Of a stretch of 64,000 nt of DNA, positions 1-12,593 are shown piece after piece. Both the position numbers and the translations under genes were made by a program. The DNA is from Lama guanicoe (Eukaryota). A model generated the notes under the pieces. That model saw only the letters and a program-made list of their open reading frames with translations, did no database searches and was not told the DNA's origin. The DNA is taken from positions 12,123,413 through 12,187,412 of the forward strand of contig MU053934.1 of assembly GCA_013239625.1 (NCBI GenBank). The letters run 5' to 3'. Every line of letters starts with the position of its first letter. The stretch's first letter is position 1.

Positions 1-59
1 TCAAAGGGAAGTGAAGGGAGGAGGCCCTGGGCCCACGGTCCATCTCCCCCAGGACGCAC

Positions 60-2470
60 AGGAGGGACCAGGTTGAACTGTTACATCCATGTAACAGGAG
101 GGGAGGAGAGAAGAGGGTGCACTGAAGGCCGGGCTCCCTGCAGAGACAGCAGAGCAGGAATGAGGCTCCCTGAGGGCCAAGCCGGCTTAGCACTGAAAGG
201 AGGTTGTGACTTGAGGGCAGCCGTCCCCCCAGCCCTGGGGCCCCCAGCTGCTTCAACTCAGGGAATTCTTTCCAGCCCAACATGAGCAGGTGGGCAGTGG
301 AGGAGGCCTGCCTGTAGGAGCTGGGCAGAGGCACTGCCTCCGAGGCCCAGACAACAGGCTGCCGGTGGGCCATTGTGGAGCCCGTCACTCAGCAGAGCTT
401 CCACTTGGCCATTTCAGAAACCCACTCAAAATGGCAGCAGGAACCTCGAGGTCTGAAAGATTCCTGGGAAAGAAACCCAGCACTGTGATCCCGCTGTGGC
501 CAAAAGTGGAGTCACAGGGGCCAGGTCTGCCCTCCTGCCACAAACAGCCTGGGCCCCAGACAAGATGTGTGGGTCAATGGTGTCAAGACACTGGACGGCG
601 GAAAGGCAGGACAGTGATGGCCCAGAGGTGCAGCCCCATGAGCGCTCTGCTGTCTTGAGAGTTTCCAGGTGGTGGCAGAGGGAGGGGCATCTGGGGGTAC
701 CTGGCACCCTCCCTGAGTAGAGAAATGGGGCAGAGAGTCTGGGCAGACCACAGGGCCCAGAGTCTGAAGATCGAGCGTGAGCCAAAGGAGTGATGCAGAA
801 AGAATGGGGCAATGAGTGTTCAGCAGAGCATCAGTGAGCACATGGGTGTAAGGAGCTACCAGAGGCAGGGAGAGAACAAGCTAAAGGGGTTTGAGGGAGC
901 AGCATTCTGTACCCGCACAGGACCGGGGATACCCCTGCTCTCAGCCAGGCCAGAAACCTCAGGATTCACAGGCCACGGGCACAGTGTACGCAAGTCTTGC
1001 CTCTGTAGGGGGAACAATTAGCCTTAGACAGAGAACTGCTCTAGTCTCACCTAACCAAATCTTAAAAGAAAGACCTCAAAAAGATTAAGCTGTTTCCAAG
1101 TAACTTAACTGCATTCCAGAAAAGGCTCAAGGACATTTGTAAGGTGAAAAAATATATATATCCAGCACAAAATGGGTAAAATCACAATGTCTACCATCCA
1201 ATAAAAAATTACAAGCCATGAGAAGAATCAGAAAAATATAACCCAGAATGAGAAGAAAAATCAATGAATTACAACTGACACAGATGTTAGAATTAGTAGG
1301 CAGGAACATTGAGACAGTTATAACTGTATTCAAAAAGTTAATTACAGACATGAAAGATTAAAAATTCCAAGTCCCACTTCTAGGGATGAAAACTACAATG
1401 TCTGAGAAGAAAAAGTACATCAGCTGGATTAATAACAGATTAGCCAGTGGAGAAAAAAGACGGGAACTTAACATAGCAATAGAAAACACCCAAAAGTGGA
1501 TGGAGAGAGATGGTGATGGTGGTGATGGTGGTGATGGTGATGATGATTGTGGTGGTGGTGGTGATGGTGATGATGGTGATGGTGGTGGCGGCGATGGTGA
1601 TGACAATGATGATGGTGGTGGTGGTTATGATGATGATGATGGTGATACTATAGAACAGAGTATTGCTGAGCTATAAGACAACTTCAAATGACCTAATGTA
1701 TGATAGAGTCCCAGAAGAAATGGGGGTGATGAAAAAACACTTGAAGAAATGAGATAATTTTCAAACCTGATGAAAACTGTAACTCCCAGATCCAAGAAGC
1801 TAGACAAATGATAAGAAATATGAAGAAATTACAAGGCACACCAGGATCAGTTTGCTCAAAAGCGGGAGATCAAGAGAAAACTAAAAGACACCAGAGGAAA
1901 AAGACACGCTATGTACAGAGGAACGAAGATCAGGATGACGCGATGCAAGTGACAAGGTGATGGAGAAAGACCTCTAGGACAGAGAGACAAAATCCGCTGA
2001 CCTAGAATTCTACCCCCGCCCACCTACGGACAACTGATTTTCAACAAACATGCCAGGAGCTCAGCAGGCAGAGGACAGTCTTCTCAATAAATCGTGCTGG
2101 GCCAGGGGGATGTCCACGGTGAATCACGGCACACAAGAGTTTGCTCAAAACGGACTGTAGACCTCGACGTAAAACCTAAAACTATAAAGCTTTTAAAAGA
2201 TAATATATTTTAAACAACCTTGGTGCATTAGGTGAGGCAAAAATGTCCTAGCTGCTGAAATCATGACCCATAAAAGGAAAAAAGGTGACAAATTGGATTT
2301 CATCAAAATTTAAAACTTCTGTTCCTTGAAAGACACTGTTAAGGGAAGGAAAAGGCAAGTCACAGACTGGGGGAAATATTTGTAAATCGTACACCTGATA
2401 AGGAACTTCTGTTCAGAATCTATAAATAACTTTCCAAATTCAATAATGAGAAAACCAGCCACCCAGTGTA
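60..2470 (+). mobile_element. Old L1 fragments (5' region, ORF1 and ORF2 pieces)
   Basis: A-rich + strand with L1-type phrases (atccaagaagct, aaattggatttcatcaaaatttaaaacttctg, cacagactgggggaaatatttg). Left boundary uncertain. Confidence 0.7.
1508..1646 (+). repeat. Compound (GAT/GGT)n trinucleotide repeat inside an L1 fragment
   Basis: Directly visible, about 46 triplets of GAT/GGT with a few variants. Confidence 0.95.
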
Positions 2471-3501
2471 AAATGAGTGCCCTCCTGCCCTCAGTGGCAG
2501 GAGGGGTAGACTCGGGGGCAGGGGCGAGGGGCCCAGAGGCTTCCAACTGCTTCCCCCCACCAGATCGACAGAGATTTAAAAAATGATAAAGCTAATGAGT
2601 GGTTGGTCTGCCTGTAATTATCAACACGTGCTGGCAGTTCTAAAGAGCGTTGGTGATAAAATCCTCCCCGTTGGTGAAATTCTAAATGATGGCCCACATC
2701 TGTGTGGCCCCCACACTGCATCCTTGGCTCCCCAAGGGAGCTAATGGAATTAAGGTGTCGCATCAAATGGATGATTTGGAGCCTGCTGGAGGGTCACCAC
2801 CCAAGGGCAGCAGCCAGAATCGGAGGAGAGGCCACCTGCAGGAGGCAGCGGAGTCCCTGCCTGGCCACAGGGGTTCGTGGTCCAGCCAGGGGCTGGGCAG
2901 CGTGGGGTGAGGAGAACTCTGTCCTGGCCGATGCTCCCTCCGTGTGGACGGTCACCAGCAGAGCTGGGCACGCAGTGTCCTTAAAAGAAGCAACTGTGAT
3001 TTGGAATTCTCTCTCTGTCTAAGTTGTCCTTCGTGCGTGTGAAAACTTCCTCCTCTGTGCAGGAAACGAGAAGTCTGCATCTTTTGACCTTTTCTGGAAA
3101 AAACCAAAGACCTACCCCAGACAAACAAAGAAAGGATCCAAACCAGAAAAAAAAGAAAAAAGAAACAGAGAGAGAACCCTAGAAGAGCACGGTGACCATG
3201 GAAAGTGATGAAATGTGCAGCGAAGCGCAATGGATGCGGAGGAGGGGTCGCCCAGCGCACGGAAGTGCATAAACGCAGGAACACATGCTTGTCCCGGGTT
3301 GGGCTTAGGAGACGGGGACAGAGCACAGAGAGGACGGATGAGCGAGGCGGAGACACGCTGATTTACTTGTGGTTCAAAATGGGGAAAATAATTCATTGTT
3401 ACTGTACGGAAATAATTGGGAACCCAAGAGTTCATCACAAATACTTAAGGACAAGGAAATACACCTGGTCTCATTCAAAGATTTAAGAAGTATCACGGGA
3501 T

Positions 3502-3648
3502 GGGGACGGTACAGCTCAGGGGTAGAGCGTGTGCTTTCCCTGCCCAAGGCCCTGGGTTCAATCCCCAGTGCCTCCACTCAAAATAAATAAATAAACAAAA
3601 ACCTAATTACCTCCCCCGCCCCCCTAAAAAGAACACAACCCAAAAACC
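3502..3648 (+). mobile_element. tRNA-derived SINE (camelid Vic-1-like)
   Basis: Pol III A box (cagctcaggggtagag) and B box (ggttcaatccc), A-rich tail with aaacctaattacctccc, imperfect TSD tatcac. Same layout as the copy at 42561. Confidence 0.85.
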
Positions 3649-3764
3649 TATCACAGAGGCTTTACTAAGAGGAGACCTAACAGCTGTACTTTAAAAAGGA
3701 GAAACATGAAGTCAAAGGGAAGAAGTGGGTCAGGTCAGGAGCAGCGACCACAGGCGTTGGTAAA

Positions 3765-4025
3765 ACGCGTGTGAATCTAGCAGGCGAGATGCTCCTCTGG
3801 GCTCCGTGAGCCACTCAGCCAAGTTAACTGAACTGAGGGGGGTCGTGGGGGCCCCCAGTTTAGAGCCGGGCACTCCGCAGCGCAGTGACTCCTGTGGTTG
3901 GCGTCTGCAGTGGGGACAGTCTTGCGGGACGGAGCCCACAACCTGTGGGAACTGAGGCTCCCCCTGGGTAGATGGTGTCAGAACCGACTTAACTGCTTGG
4001 TGTTTGGAAAACACACATGTTGGAA
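3765..4025 (+). mobile_element. MER21-like LTR fragment (ERVL)
   Basis: gggggtcgtggggg...gtggggacagtcttgcgggac...caacctgtggga...gtagatggtgtcagaa resembles the recalled MER21 3' half. Confidence 0.65.
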
Positions 4026-4429
4026 AATGCCCACTGAAATTTTCAGGAAACCTGACAATCAAAACTTCATACTGAAGAGCTGGAGGCACACAAAATGCTA
4101 AGGCCCTTTGAAAAGTCTTTTTACCGTAAAGATGAAACATAGACCCCGAAAAGCACGGAAGAACCTCCGTCCCTGCGTTTCTGGCATCCAGCAGCGGACG
4201 CAGAGCCGTGCTGGCGCTCAGGGCCGAGTTCTTCGGCGGGACTAGACCCGGTGTGGACCTTCGTGTGCTGTCTGGCCCTTGGCCACGTCTGACGTCAGCT
4301 GCCGCGGATGCGAAACGGTGAAACGACAGGTGTGTCGTTTTGCTTCCATTTATTCGCTGGAGTAATTATCACCCAGGAGCATGCGCAGAAGAAAGACAGG
4401 CTCGCAGCTTGAGTCTCTTCTTTTATTTA

Positions 4430-5500
4430 CTCAGCTCTCAAGACAACTTGGTCTCCTGTCATCCACAGAGATGAACGATTCTCTTTTTTCTTTTTCAACA
4501 ATATTGTAGGAATGCATGGGCTTAAACACGGGCTGCAACTCATCGCAGTTCTTGTTCTTTTCTGAAGTGCCAGTGGCGTCCTCCTGGCCACCTGGCAGAC
4601 AGGCCCCCACGGTCTCCGAGAGCTTCCCCGGTCGTGTGTGACAGGGTGTCCGAGGATCTTTTTGGACATTTTCTGCTCCAGACTGGAGATCAGCCACTTC
4701 CCTCAGAAGCCCTGCCTGGTTTATTTTGGTGAAAAGTGGTATTTTAAGGCCCAGAGTCAGTTTTGGTGTTACGTACTCAGGAGCGGTATTCTTGGCTTGC
4801 CTTTTCAATGTCTGGTGTCAAGGGAGGAGCAGCTTAATCTCCTCGAACGTAGTTCTTAGTGTTTCTCTGCTACTTCGGTTTTCTTCAGGGTTTCATGTCA
4901 TCTGCGTTTGAGACATTCTTTGCCTACCTGCAACATTTACCATTGTTCACACATCGTTTTAATCTAGTTTAAAACCTGCCTTTTTTAAAAACACGTTTAT
5001 GGTGGTCTGGTTCCTGTACAGTAAACCACACACGTTGCAGAGGTACACTGTGATGAATTCGGTAGATGTCTACACCCATGAAGCCACCACCACAATCAAG
5101 ACAGCTAACATTTCCACTGCTTTAAATTCTTTTTCGATTAAAGCGAATGTTCCTTCCTTTTCGCCTTCTGTTTCTCTCGGGGCGTTCACTACCTCCAAAG
5201 CAGCCTTCACCTCTAAAAGGACGCTTTCCTTTGTTTCCGATTCTGAGGGCTGTCGCCCGGTATCTCACTATTTCTAGTTCTTGTTCCTATTGTTCTCGAA
5301 TGTCCTGCACCATTGTCTCAAGTATTCTAAGCCATTTTGTAACAGAGTGTTTTTTCAGTGCACCCTTCTGGTGCACTTCCTTTGCCTGTCGGGACGTTAT
5401 TCTGTTTTAAATTCACTCATTAAAACATTACCTTATTCTCTTTTCAATTACCATAGCTTGACTGGAACTCATCTTTGATGCTGCTCTGTTGCTCACATTT
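4430..5500 (-). mobile_element. Degraded L1 pieces in reverse orientation
   Basis: T-rich + strand, with the reversed L1 3' motif cacccatgaagccaccaccacaatcaagacag at about 5070-5105. Confidence 0.5.
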
Positions 5501-8436
5501 ATGTGGGCTGAGCGTCCCTGAGATTCAGCCGGAGGCTTCGTGCCGCCTGCTTTCCCAACGCCACAGAGCGCCCTCTTCTGTTGGCTTTGTGTAGTGTTAA
5601 ACTGGGTGGATGGCGTGTTCTGTTTCTTAGCTCTTTCCCCGGTCTTCCTCGGCCTGTACCTCTTCTTTCCTTGCCTCTGCTGTCCCTGGCTGCTCACCGT
5701 GATGCACTAGGAGCTTCTCTGCGTGGAGCTGTACCCCGAGGGTCCCGGTGCGGAGCTCGGGGCCCTGCCTTCCCCGCGGCAGGAGTCGGGCAGCCCTCCA
5801 GGTGGCTGCGTCCTCCCAGCAGCCTCACTGCCCATGGGGTTCAGGGCGTGCGGCCTGCCCCTCTGCCCCGCTGCACAGACACTGCGACCCGCCCGTCTGG
5901 TACTCATCCCTGGGGTCTGGGAGCCTGCGCCCCACTTCTGTTCTGCTGCCTTGGGGCTCTTTGCGTCTGAGGATTCAGGGAAGCCACAACCACAGCCATC
6001 ACCTCCCAGGACAATTTAGGAAAGGGAGGAAGGAGAGGGGACCAGGAGTCAGTAACCAGCTGAGATCATGTGGCCTTGCTCAGAGGTGGAGGTGGGTCAG
6101 GGAGCCAACCCTGCAGCCTGGACATCTGACGTCTGAAAAGTCAGACCTGGGTGGGGGTGGGGGCGGCGATCAGTCAGTGGTGCGGCCACGGCTGAATTTC
6201 CAGGTAGCAAACAGTTACAGCTGAATTCCTACCTCACCCCACACACAGAAATAAATTCTAGAAGAATAAAGACCTGGACCTGAAAAGCAAAACTTTAAAG
6301 CCTTCACAAATACAGGGAATACAGGGAGAAAAATCTCGATGACCCCGGGATTGGGGAAATGCCACAAAATCCTTAAAGGGGAGACGTGTAAGTAAGATTC
6401 CGTCCACGTGGAAAACTGAACAGCATCACGAGGCTATGGGAGAAAGACGGAGGTGCTCTCCGTGACGCAGAAACAGCCACCCCGAGATGGCCCACGGGTG
6501 ACAGCGGAAACAGGAAACACTGCCCAGGGTCCGCAGGTCAGTCATGTGGCCTCAGTGTCATCAGAGACACACAAGCAGAGATGAGGGAAGAGCCGTGGCC
6601 TCACAAAGCACCCCTCCCCAGACCTGACAGCACCAACCGTCGTCATAAAGCCAGAGGTGCCCCCCGCCAGGGCACGGGCCGGAGCCACTTCCCCAGAGGC
6701 CACAGCTGCAGAAGACAGGGGCCTCCTTGCCTGGTGACTGCACCCCAGAAGCCCTGATGGTGGGGTGACAAAGCCTTGGAATTCCTGACACCCCCCCCAC
6801 CCTGGAGTGAAGGGAGCTGCCAGGGTTTGGGAGCAGGAGGGAGGGAGGAAGGGGGCACCACGGAGGCCCCGGGGCCCCTCCCTGCACCCCCACCGCCCCG
6901 CCAGCTTCTCTGTGTCCGAGGCGACCTGACCCCCAGCCCACACACAGCTCCCCGCAGTCCAGGTCCGGTTCAGAGGCAGTGAGGAGGGGGCCTGGGAGTC
7001 GGCAGGAGTGGCCACCGTGGGATGCAGACAGAAAGAGTGAAAGGAAGAAAGGAGAGAAAGGAACGTAGGATTCAAAAGACGGAAGAAGGACGTGGGACAG
7101 AGGGAGACGTTCCTCTACTGCCTCCGTCGTGATGACGACGCTTCAGAAAAACTAGGGGTCGGACAGGCCACCAGACAGCAGGAGCCCCAGAAGACGGGGC
7201 GTGTGGACCCGAGGAACCAGTTGGGAGCCCAACAGCCCAGTCCAGGACCAGCATGCACACTGGAAACTGGAGTCAGAGACACGGCTGACGGAGACTTGGG
7301 AGGGTTGAGAGAATCAGGGCAAAAACAGCTGAGAAAGACAGAAGTTACGGGACGTGGTGGGGGAGGCAGAGACGGCTGAAGGCCGGACCAGAGGGCTCAG
7401 GAGAGCCCAAGGGTGGAACAGCGAAGAACTTTCCCTGATGTGAAAGAACCCGGCTGCGGGTCGAGGGCGCACTGGGACCCAGGATGAGGAGCAGGCGTCA
7501 CGAGGTGTGGCTGGATTGGAGACAGAGCAGGACGGGAGCGGGCTCCACAGGTGGGGCAGAAGGCAGGATGCGGCCCCCCTGGGGCGGAGGCAGGACCGAG
7601 TGTGGCCCTGGAGAAGCCTCTGGGGGGGGGTCCAGGAACAGAAGTGCTGTTGGTGACCTGACGCCACTAAATGGCCAACAGACACTGACCGCTGGTCAGA
7701 CACCCGGTGACGTGGGCCACGCCTGGGGAGGGGGACGTGCGCCCGGCTCACAACCCCATGCCTTAACCTCGGTGGGGGGGTCCTTGTAGATATAACACCT
7801 CTTGAGGTGAAGAAACATTTAATTCTTTTGTTTATTTTTCCTATTAAATTCAAATCAAATTAAATAAAATACTTATTTTAAATGACGGAAGGTAATTTCG
7901 TTTATCTAAAATATTTGTTATCTGTTTACTCGACCAGCAGTAAACTGGCCTACAAAAATACCTTCCTAATGTAAACAATATTCGTTCCCATGTAGGGGCT
8001 TTGAGGCTGGATTAACTTTCCTCCTTATGCATCCTGCATCATTTATATCCCTTTTAACAAATACCAACAGTGTTTGCAAAGACAATAAAGCTCTTTAAAA
8101 TGGGATACCGTTTTATACTGGGCAGAAATGAAACAGGTGATAAGAGAAAATGGGGATTTCTGTATATTGCTGGTGCGGGTGGAGCTGGCGTGGCCACTTT
8201 GGAAAGCAGTAGATTCCAAGAGGACAGGAATGAGCGACTTGCACATCCAGCAAGCACACAGCCAGCGTGAGCCGGGGCCGCCGACGTGCACCGGCCCAGG
8301 GCAGGGGGCGGGCGGCCGGCGCTCTGCTACGTGAGGTGGGCGGGGGGAGGCCAGCGCAGGGCAGACCTGGCTCCAGGGAGGATAAGGTGACCAAGGACCA
8401 GAGGGCAGCATGTCCCCCTGCCCGAGATGTACTCAC

Positions 8437-8464
8437 GGTTCACGCGGCTCCTGCAGGTGAAGCC
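8437..8464 (-). CDS. IL17REL: IL17REL 28-nt microexon GFTCRSRVN(R)
   Basis: Acceptor ttctgtccccag|GGC, donor AACC|gtgagt. Joins the previous exon in frame to give CSLSCSQGFTCRSRVN. No further exon found in 1-8436. Confidence 0.8.
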
Positions 8465-9349
8465 CTGGGGACAGAACAATGAGAGCGAGTGAGAGAGGTT
8501 GGCTTGACCACCTCCCATCCACCTCTGCGCCCAGCCCGGGATGGGGGGGGCTGGGGGGCCGCAGCCCCGGGTGCCCCTTGGTGTCTGGGGGTGCTGACCC
8601 TGCAAAAGCCTGGCCCAAGGCCTTGCACACAGGGGTCACTCAGTAAACGTGACTTGGACCCCGTGGAACTCCAGGCCCCGCTCTCCCCTCGCCAACAAGC
8701 CCAGCTTCGGAGGGTGGCATTCAAAGCTCCCGCAGGCCCCTTTCGCTCATTAGTGGGGCACTGGTTGCCCCTCCTCTGTGCAGGAGCTGTCTAGCTGCTG
8801 GGGCCCAGAGAGGAAAGAAACTGGGGAAGGACGCCTGCCTTCGAGGGGCCCACAACCTCGGGTGTCAAGACGTCCGTCAACCACACGTCACGCCAGGCGT
8901 CGAGGGGGACACGGGAAGATCACAGAGGGGTCCGGAGGCCGGGGGCCTCGGTGAGTCCGCACGTGGGGAGGCCTGGGGGAGGGCAGACTGCCTGTCCTCT
9001 GGACGCGCAGCTCCCAGGACAGGCACTGGCCTGGAACCGCAGGCCTCTGGCCCAGGGAGCAGGCTCGGGCAGGGCCTGTGTGGGACATAGCTGAGGCCCT
9101 GCCTACGGGCCCCCCTGCAGCGGGTGGGCCGAGGGGCTGGCTCCACAGCTGAGCTTGGGGGTATGAGGTCAGCGGCAGAGGCGGCAGGAGTCCGGGCCCG
9201 CAGGGGGATCAGCTCCGCGGTGACAGCGGGAGCTCCGACCGTGGGCCCCGCCGGTAGCACCGGTGGGAAGACGCGGAGTGGAAGTGGGGCCCTCTCCTGT
9301 CCTGGGGCTTGTGGGGCAGGCCCTACCAGAGGCCCAGCTCCACCTCCCT

Positions 9350-9480
9350 TTCTAAATAAACTTTTCATTTTGGAAGAACTTTAGATTTACAGAAAAGTTG
9401 CAAAGGTAGCCCTGAGGTTTAGCCAGCGTGCCCAGCGCTAATATCCCGGGGAACGGAGGTGCGTCTATAAAGATGAGGAA
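9350..9480 (-). mobile_element. L1M 3'-end fragment
   Basis: Typical reversed L1MB-type end aactttagatttacagaaaagttgcaaag. Confidence 0.6.
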
Positions 9481-12137
9481 GCAACACTGGGTGTCTCTCC
9501 TGGCGGAGCCCCAGCTATGGGACTCGCCCGTTTCCACCAAGGCTCCTTCCTGCTCCCCGTGCCTTCCCCTCTTGGCCTTTGGCCTCTCATCCCGTAGCCA
9601 CCCTGTCTTCTGACCACGACATCTCCCTGAGATGCTGACATCTGCCCCTCTGCAATCTCCAGCTGCACAGGACCCACCGAGGTTGGAGCAGCACAGCCTG
9701 GGCTGGATGCCTTGGCCCTGGGGCCCTGCCCACGGCCCCTGGGGGTAAGGAGCTGGATGCCCCGTCCAGAACGTGACTGAGCAGGTTGGCAGAGGGCAGG
9801 GATGAGCAGCCTAGTCCGGCCAGCCCAGGAACGCGCCGGGCAGACCCAGCACGTCTGAGCAGCAGCTGGGCCTGGGCCACGGCCCTGAGTGGACGAGAGA
9901 GGGAAAGTGGCTTGGATCCTTGGCCAGCATCACTCCGTCTCGCAGCCCCAGAGTCTTGGAACCACCCCCAACCCCTTGGCATCCTCTATGCTACCTGAGG
10001 CCTGAACCCACCCCCTGCCTCCCAAGCTGGTGGGGGCTGCTGGGAAGCGGAGAGGGGAAGGGCACACCGGTGTCCTCCTGGCCCTTGGGCCTTGCCTGCC
10101 CACTGCGGACGCCTGCTCCTCCCTGAGCCCAAAATCCACACAGGCTGGGAGCTGAGGTCCTAGGTTTCTGGTGCAGGGTGAGTACATGTGGTGTTGGCTT
10201 TTCAGCGCCCAGAACAGAACCGTCTCCGCTCAGGAGGGGTTTCTTCCTCCCCGTGGGAGGAAGAGGGAACTGCAGGGGAAAAGGTCGAGGTCAGAAAGCA
10301 CCTGTGAACCATGCCTCTGGGGGAGGGGGACATGGGAGGGGCTGGCCCTGTGCCCTGGGCCCTTCATGGGGGTGGAGCTGAGACAGAGAAGTGGCCGCTC
10401 CCACCCTCTGGGGGTTTCCATTGGGTTTTTTTGGGGCTTCCCGGGTGGGAGGGCATCAGGAGGGGTCTGAGCCCCCCACCCTGCTGTCCCACTTTCCAGG
10501 CTCCCCAGCGGACAGGACCCAGCACAGGGCTCAGCTTCCCACCTGCTGGGGCGGGGGTCCTGCGTGCTTCCTCCTGGTGGCCCAGGAGAGGCCCTGACCA
10601 CCCACTCTGCCCCAGGCAGCACTGCGGTCACCTGTCCCTGTCCCCCTCTCCGATGTCCCTCCCTCAGTGGCCAGCAGACCACCCAGGCCTCGCAGGCTGT
10701 CTGCTGCCCCCTGCTCCCCCACCCCCTCATCCCCTAACCCCACCGCCCCAGCTGGGCACCAAGGTGGCTAAGTCCAAAATGGTGCCTTACCTTACCTGTT
10801 GGCCTAGTGGACCGCCTCCTCCTTCCCTGGCCTGTCCCTCCTCCAGCTCCTCTGCCCCCTTCCTCCTCCCTGTCCTTCCAGGACTCTTTCCCCTCTCACA
10901 GCCTAGGTCTGGGCTCGGCCCCCCCCCCGCACCGTCCCAAAGCAGGGAGGCCCCATCACACCTTTGCTGGGGCCTGGCCCTGACTTCCGCTTGCACCCAG
11001 CTGCCCCCCACCACATCGGTTCTCCGTGTCTGATAGAATTCTCAAAGCCCGTATTTCAGAAACGACTTTCTTCCCTGAAAACATGCCCCCCAGGCCCCCA
11101 TCACAGGAAGCACGTCCCCCACCAGCCCAGGGGCCACAGTCACACTTCAAGGTCCATTTTCGATTTCTCCTTCACCCCAGGTCCAGGATCCCAGTCCTGC
11201 CAGCTCCACCTCCGAAGGACACCCCGAAGCAGCCCCTCTCCTGTCTCCACTGGGAGGGTCCAGGCCTCCATCCCCTCCCACCTGTGCCTGGCTGTTTCCT
11301 CTGCACCCCCTGGTTTCCACCAGCAGCCAGAAGGACCCCCCAGCCTGGCCCTGTCCGTGGGTCGCAGCACCTCTGATCTGAGCCCAGCCCCAGCCCCTGA
11401 GGCCCTGCCTGACCCCAGCCCCCCGAGTTGCTCTGTCCTTCAGTGAACTCCCTGGACCCTCTGCTGGACACACTCCCAGGCCTCCTGGAGCTGCCTTTCC
11501 TCCTGATGGGGGCCAGGCGTCCCCAAGCGCCGCCGGGGCCCAGCCACTGCCCCTGAGAAGCACCCAGAAGCCCTCACCCTGGCCACCCCCACTCATCCTC
11601 AGTGTCACCACTGCCTAAATCTCGGTCTGCTGTGCGTTTCCCTGGGGTCAGGAGCTGCGTCTCCCTCCCTGCCATCCCCACACCGGGAAGAGTGCCCACA
11701 GCAGGTTCTCAGTGACACCCCTGCCCCCATCCCCGTGGGCTGTGTCCTCCACCCCGTGCCTGGCCCCGTCTCGCGCTGGGGACCTCCAGGGACACAGGCA
11801 CACTTCAGGGTGCAGTGCTGCTTGTTGGGACGCCTTCCACCTCCCGGGGCGAGGCTGCGTCAGCCCACCCACAATGAAAGTCCCCGGACGCCCCACTTCT
11901 GAGCTGCGCCCTCGCCCTGGCCCCTCCCTACTCGGGACAAGCGTTTCTCAGCCTGGCGCCACACAAGCCCGGACACCACCGCGCGGAGCCCAGCGCCCCG
12001 AGATGAAACCAGTGAGCTCGGGAGGGGCAGGTCACAGGTGCGTCAGCGCCCCTGCCCTCAGGCTCTCAGCACACACTCCCTGGAGCAGCGCTGCAAGGTC
12101 AGGCACACATCCTGCCGGGCCCCCGAGCCTCCTGTCA

Positions 12138-12593
<456 letters not shown>

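Noticed and set aside
1386..1676. Asp/Gly-rich 96-aa ORF and its antisense Pro/Ser ORF
   Set aside because: Produced by a trinucleotide repeat inside an L1 remnant.
3502..3575. tRNA-like sequence (also 42561-42635)
   Set aside because: Degenerate stems, an A-rich tail and TSDs indicate a SINE, not a tRNA gene.
7790..8230. AT-rich island in GC-rich intron
   Set aside because: The right part looks like a decayed L1 and the left part is unidentifiable, probably another old repeat. Nothing specific can be supported.
1..8436. Further IL17REL exons, including a candidate near 7620-7670
   Set aside because: No segment translates to the expected NIFNSFC-like continuation with splice sites. The next exon is probably outside the window.
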